Origin: Amphiscolops sp. MND2022
Taxonomy: Eukaryota
DNA: 64,000 nucleotides
Assembly: GCA_964187785.1 (NCBI GenBank)
Contig: OZ076409.1
Location: 51,772,001 to 51,836,000, forward strand
Direction: 5' to 3'
Below are positions 62,190-64,000 of this stretch, in pieces (the first letter of the stretch is position 1; every line of letters starts with the position of its first letter). The position numbers were made by a program, and so were the translations under genes. Under the pieces are notes generated by a model. That model made no database searches. It had not been told where the DNA came from and saw nothing but the letters and a program-made list of their open reading frames with translations.

Positions 62190-64000
62190 AAGTGAATACT
62201 CTTGAAGCCGAACCATTACATACGAACTATTCATTGGAGCACTGCCCGAAATGCACAAAAAGTTCGATTGCTAACGCAAATGCTCTTTTGGTGTTTAAGC
62301 TTCAATTAAATGCACAGTATTTACTGTGCTTATACTCTCCAAACAACGTTGTCCGCTCTCTTAGACAGTTCTCAAGACGCGTTGTTGGTCGCTATGGTAG
62401 TCCCCATTTTGTACTCCCGCGAACGAAATGCGAAAATGATGGATCACAGAACTAAACGCTAACGCGACAGTTGGAAATGTGGCTGAACGGACCATTCGGT
62501 GATGTGTTTCATCGAGCGAAAGACCTCCAACTACGTCTCAGGGAATCTAGAGTCAAACAAAAAGACGTTATAAGAAACTTCGATCACCACATTACATATG
62601 GGAAAATTTTTAACGCACTCAGATGTCTAGAAGATCAGAGACGTCACATACTGTCGCTAAGCGATAAAGTTGATAACTGTGAACCAAATCTTGCTCGAAA
62701 AACATCCAGAGCCAGCAGACAAAAGAAAATTACTTGGTACAGAATTCCCTCGGACAAACTCTGTCCTTTCACCCTTCAATCTTGAACAACTTAACTCCCG
62801 AACAGTTCGAAAAGCCGCCATGAAAACTCCATGAAGTCACGGACCGTTAGGATTGGACGCAAACGAATGACGACGATTTTGACACTTTTCGGACAATCCT
62901 CTGTAAATGCTTAGCGGACATAGCAAAGCTCATCGCTACAACCGAGCTACCTTCCAAACCCTCGACGCCTATAACGCTTGCTGTTTGACTCCATTAGACA
63001 AGAATACCGGTGTCAAGCACATTGGCGGATGTGAAGTACTTCGACGAATGATTGGAAGAAGTATTCCAAAATGCCTCTCCAACAAACTAAAACCTGAGGT
63101 ACCCTGCAGCTTTGCGTAGGCCAAAAAAGCGGAATAGAGTTCGCCATACATTCGCTAACAGACGCCTTTGACAAACCTGAATGGGAAGGAATGCTCCTAA
63201 TTGACGCCACAGATGGGTGCAGTTGGGATTGAATAGAAAACTAGCACTCGAAAACAAAAAAGTAGTCATCCCGCGGAAGAATTTTTATGCAGCGCCCTGC
63301 TCCCTATTCGTCAACGGTAAAGTGGTTCTGCAATATATAGATTTGCCCTTTTGCCACTTTTGGAGTTACTGGAGGACACTGGTATAGTCCAGAAGTGGTA
63401 CGTCGACGACAGAAAGCCGTAGGAAAACTGAAAAATCTGCTTCGCCCAGCGCTTGGATACATTAGCAAGTGCCACCTTGTAGAGAAAAAGTATCATATGG
63501 AAAACAACAGATATTTTAAAGAATAAAGATGTTTACATTTTGGAAGGCCATCGAGTACTCGGATTGGTCATCAGCAGCGCATCTGCCTGTCACAACTTCA
63601 AAACAAAAATAGTGTCAGAGTACGCAAAGACCATTTCGAAACTAATCAGAGAAAATCTAATTCAATCTCTAACAGGATAAACACTGCAATGACCACTGAT
63701 ACTTTCATTCTCCCTACCCGTGAGAAATGGAGGTCTCAACATGACCCTCCCGGAAAATAATAGAAAAAACCTCAGATGGTCCAAATCCCTAGGTTACAGT
63801 CTGTATAACGCCGATCCCATGACACCTGAAAACTCGCAACACAGGATTGAGAGCGAGTTATGAGAAAAGATGTAGACGGAAAAAAACGAAGTGAAACAAG
63901 GCGCCACGGAAGCTCTAAAGCCTGCAACTGGCGTCATAGAAAGGGGTATCCAGTAGGCTGAGCGCCTTACCCCTCAAAAGGTACGGGTTCTTGTTAACAA
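62190..64000 (+). mobile_element. CRE-clade (RLE-type) non-LTR retrotransposon remnant, truncated by the window end
   Basis: WLNG.F..V..RAKDLQLRL, GPLGLDANE*RR, ACCLTPLDKNTGVKHIGGCEVLRRMIGRSI, LLIDA, WYVDD, FSLPVRNGGL, LSALPLKRYGF; many stops and frameshifts. Confidence 0.8.

Overview
AT-rich, repeat-dense eukaryotic (invertebrate animal) genomic DNA with spliceosomal introns; nothing prokaryotic is present (no rRNA, CRISPR or bacterial operons). The organism cannot be fixed from the sequence. I reconstructed five host genes by hand from splice phases: (1) a 2-exon secreted neuropeptide-like precursor (+, 6807-7705); (2) a 9-exon TBATA/SPATIAL-family gene (-, 38530-29494); (3) a single-exon F-box/LRR gene (-, 46558-45488); (4) a 3-exon folate-biopterin transporter (BT1/FBT) of a type known mainly from oomycetes, algae, plants and protists, a horizontal-transfer candidate lying only 219 nt upstream of the F-box gene (-, 48693-46778); (5) the last three exons of a divergent eIF4E (-, 58434-57469). 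The rest is mostly transposon material. A full-length but decayed BEL/Pao LTR element (137-bp LTRs, TTTGG TSD) sits inside a ~690-bp foldback palindrome. There are two probable solo LTRs that each carry a long ORF, about a dozen Helentron-associated (HINE/DINE-like) non-autonomous elements including two self-nested pairs, several MITE families (piggyBac, Tc1/mariner-like, 6-bp-TSD), CRE and CR1/L2 LINE remnants, and near-perfect palindromes next to short tandem duplications. All family assignments rest on motif recognition by eye, not on database searches.
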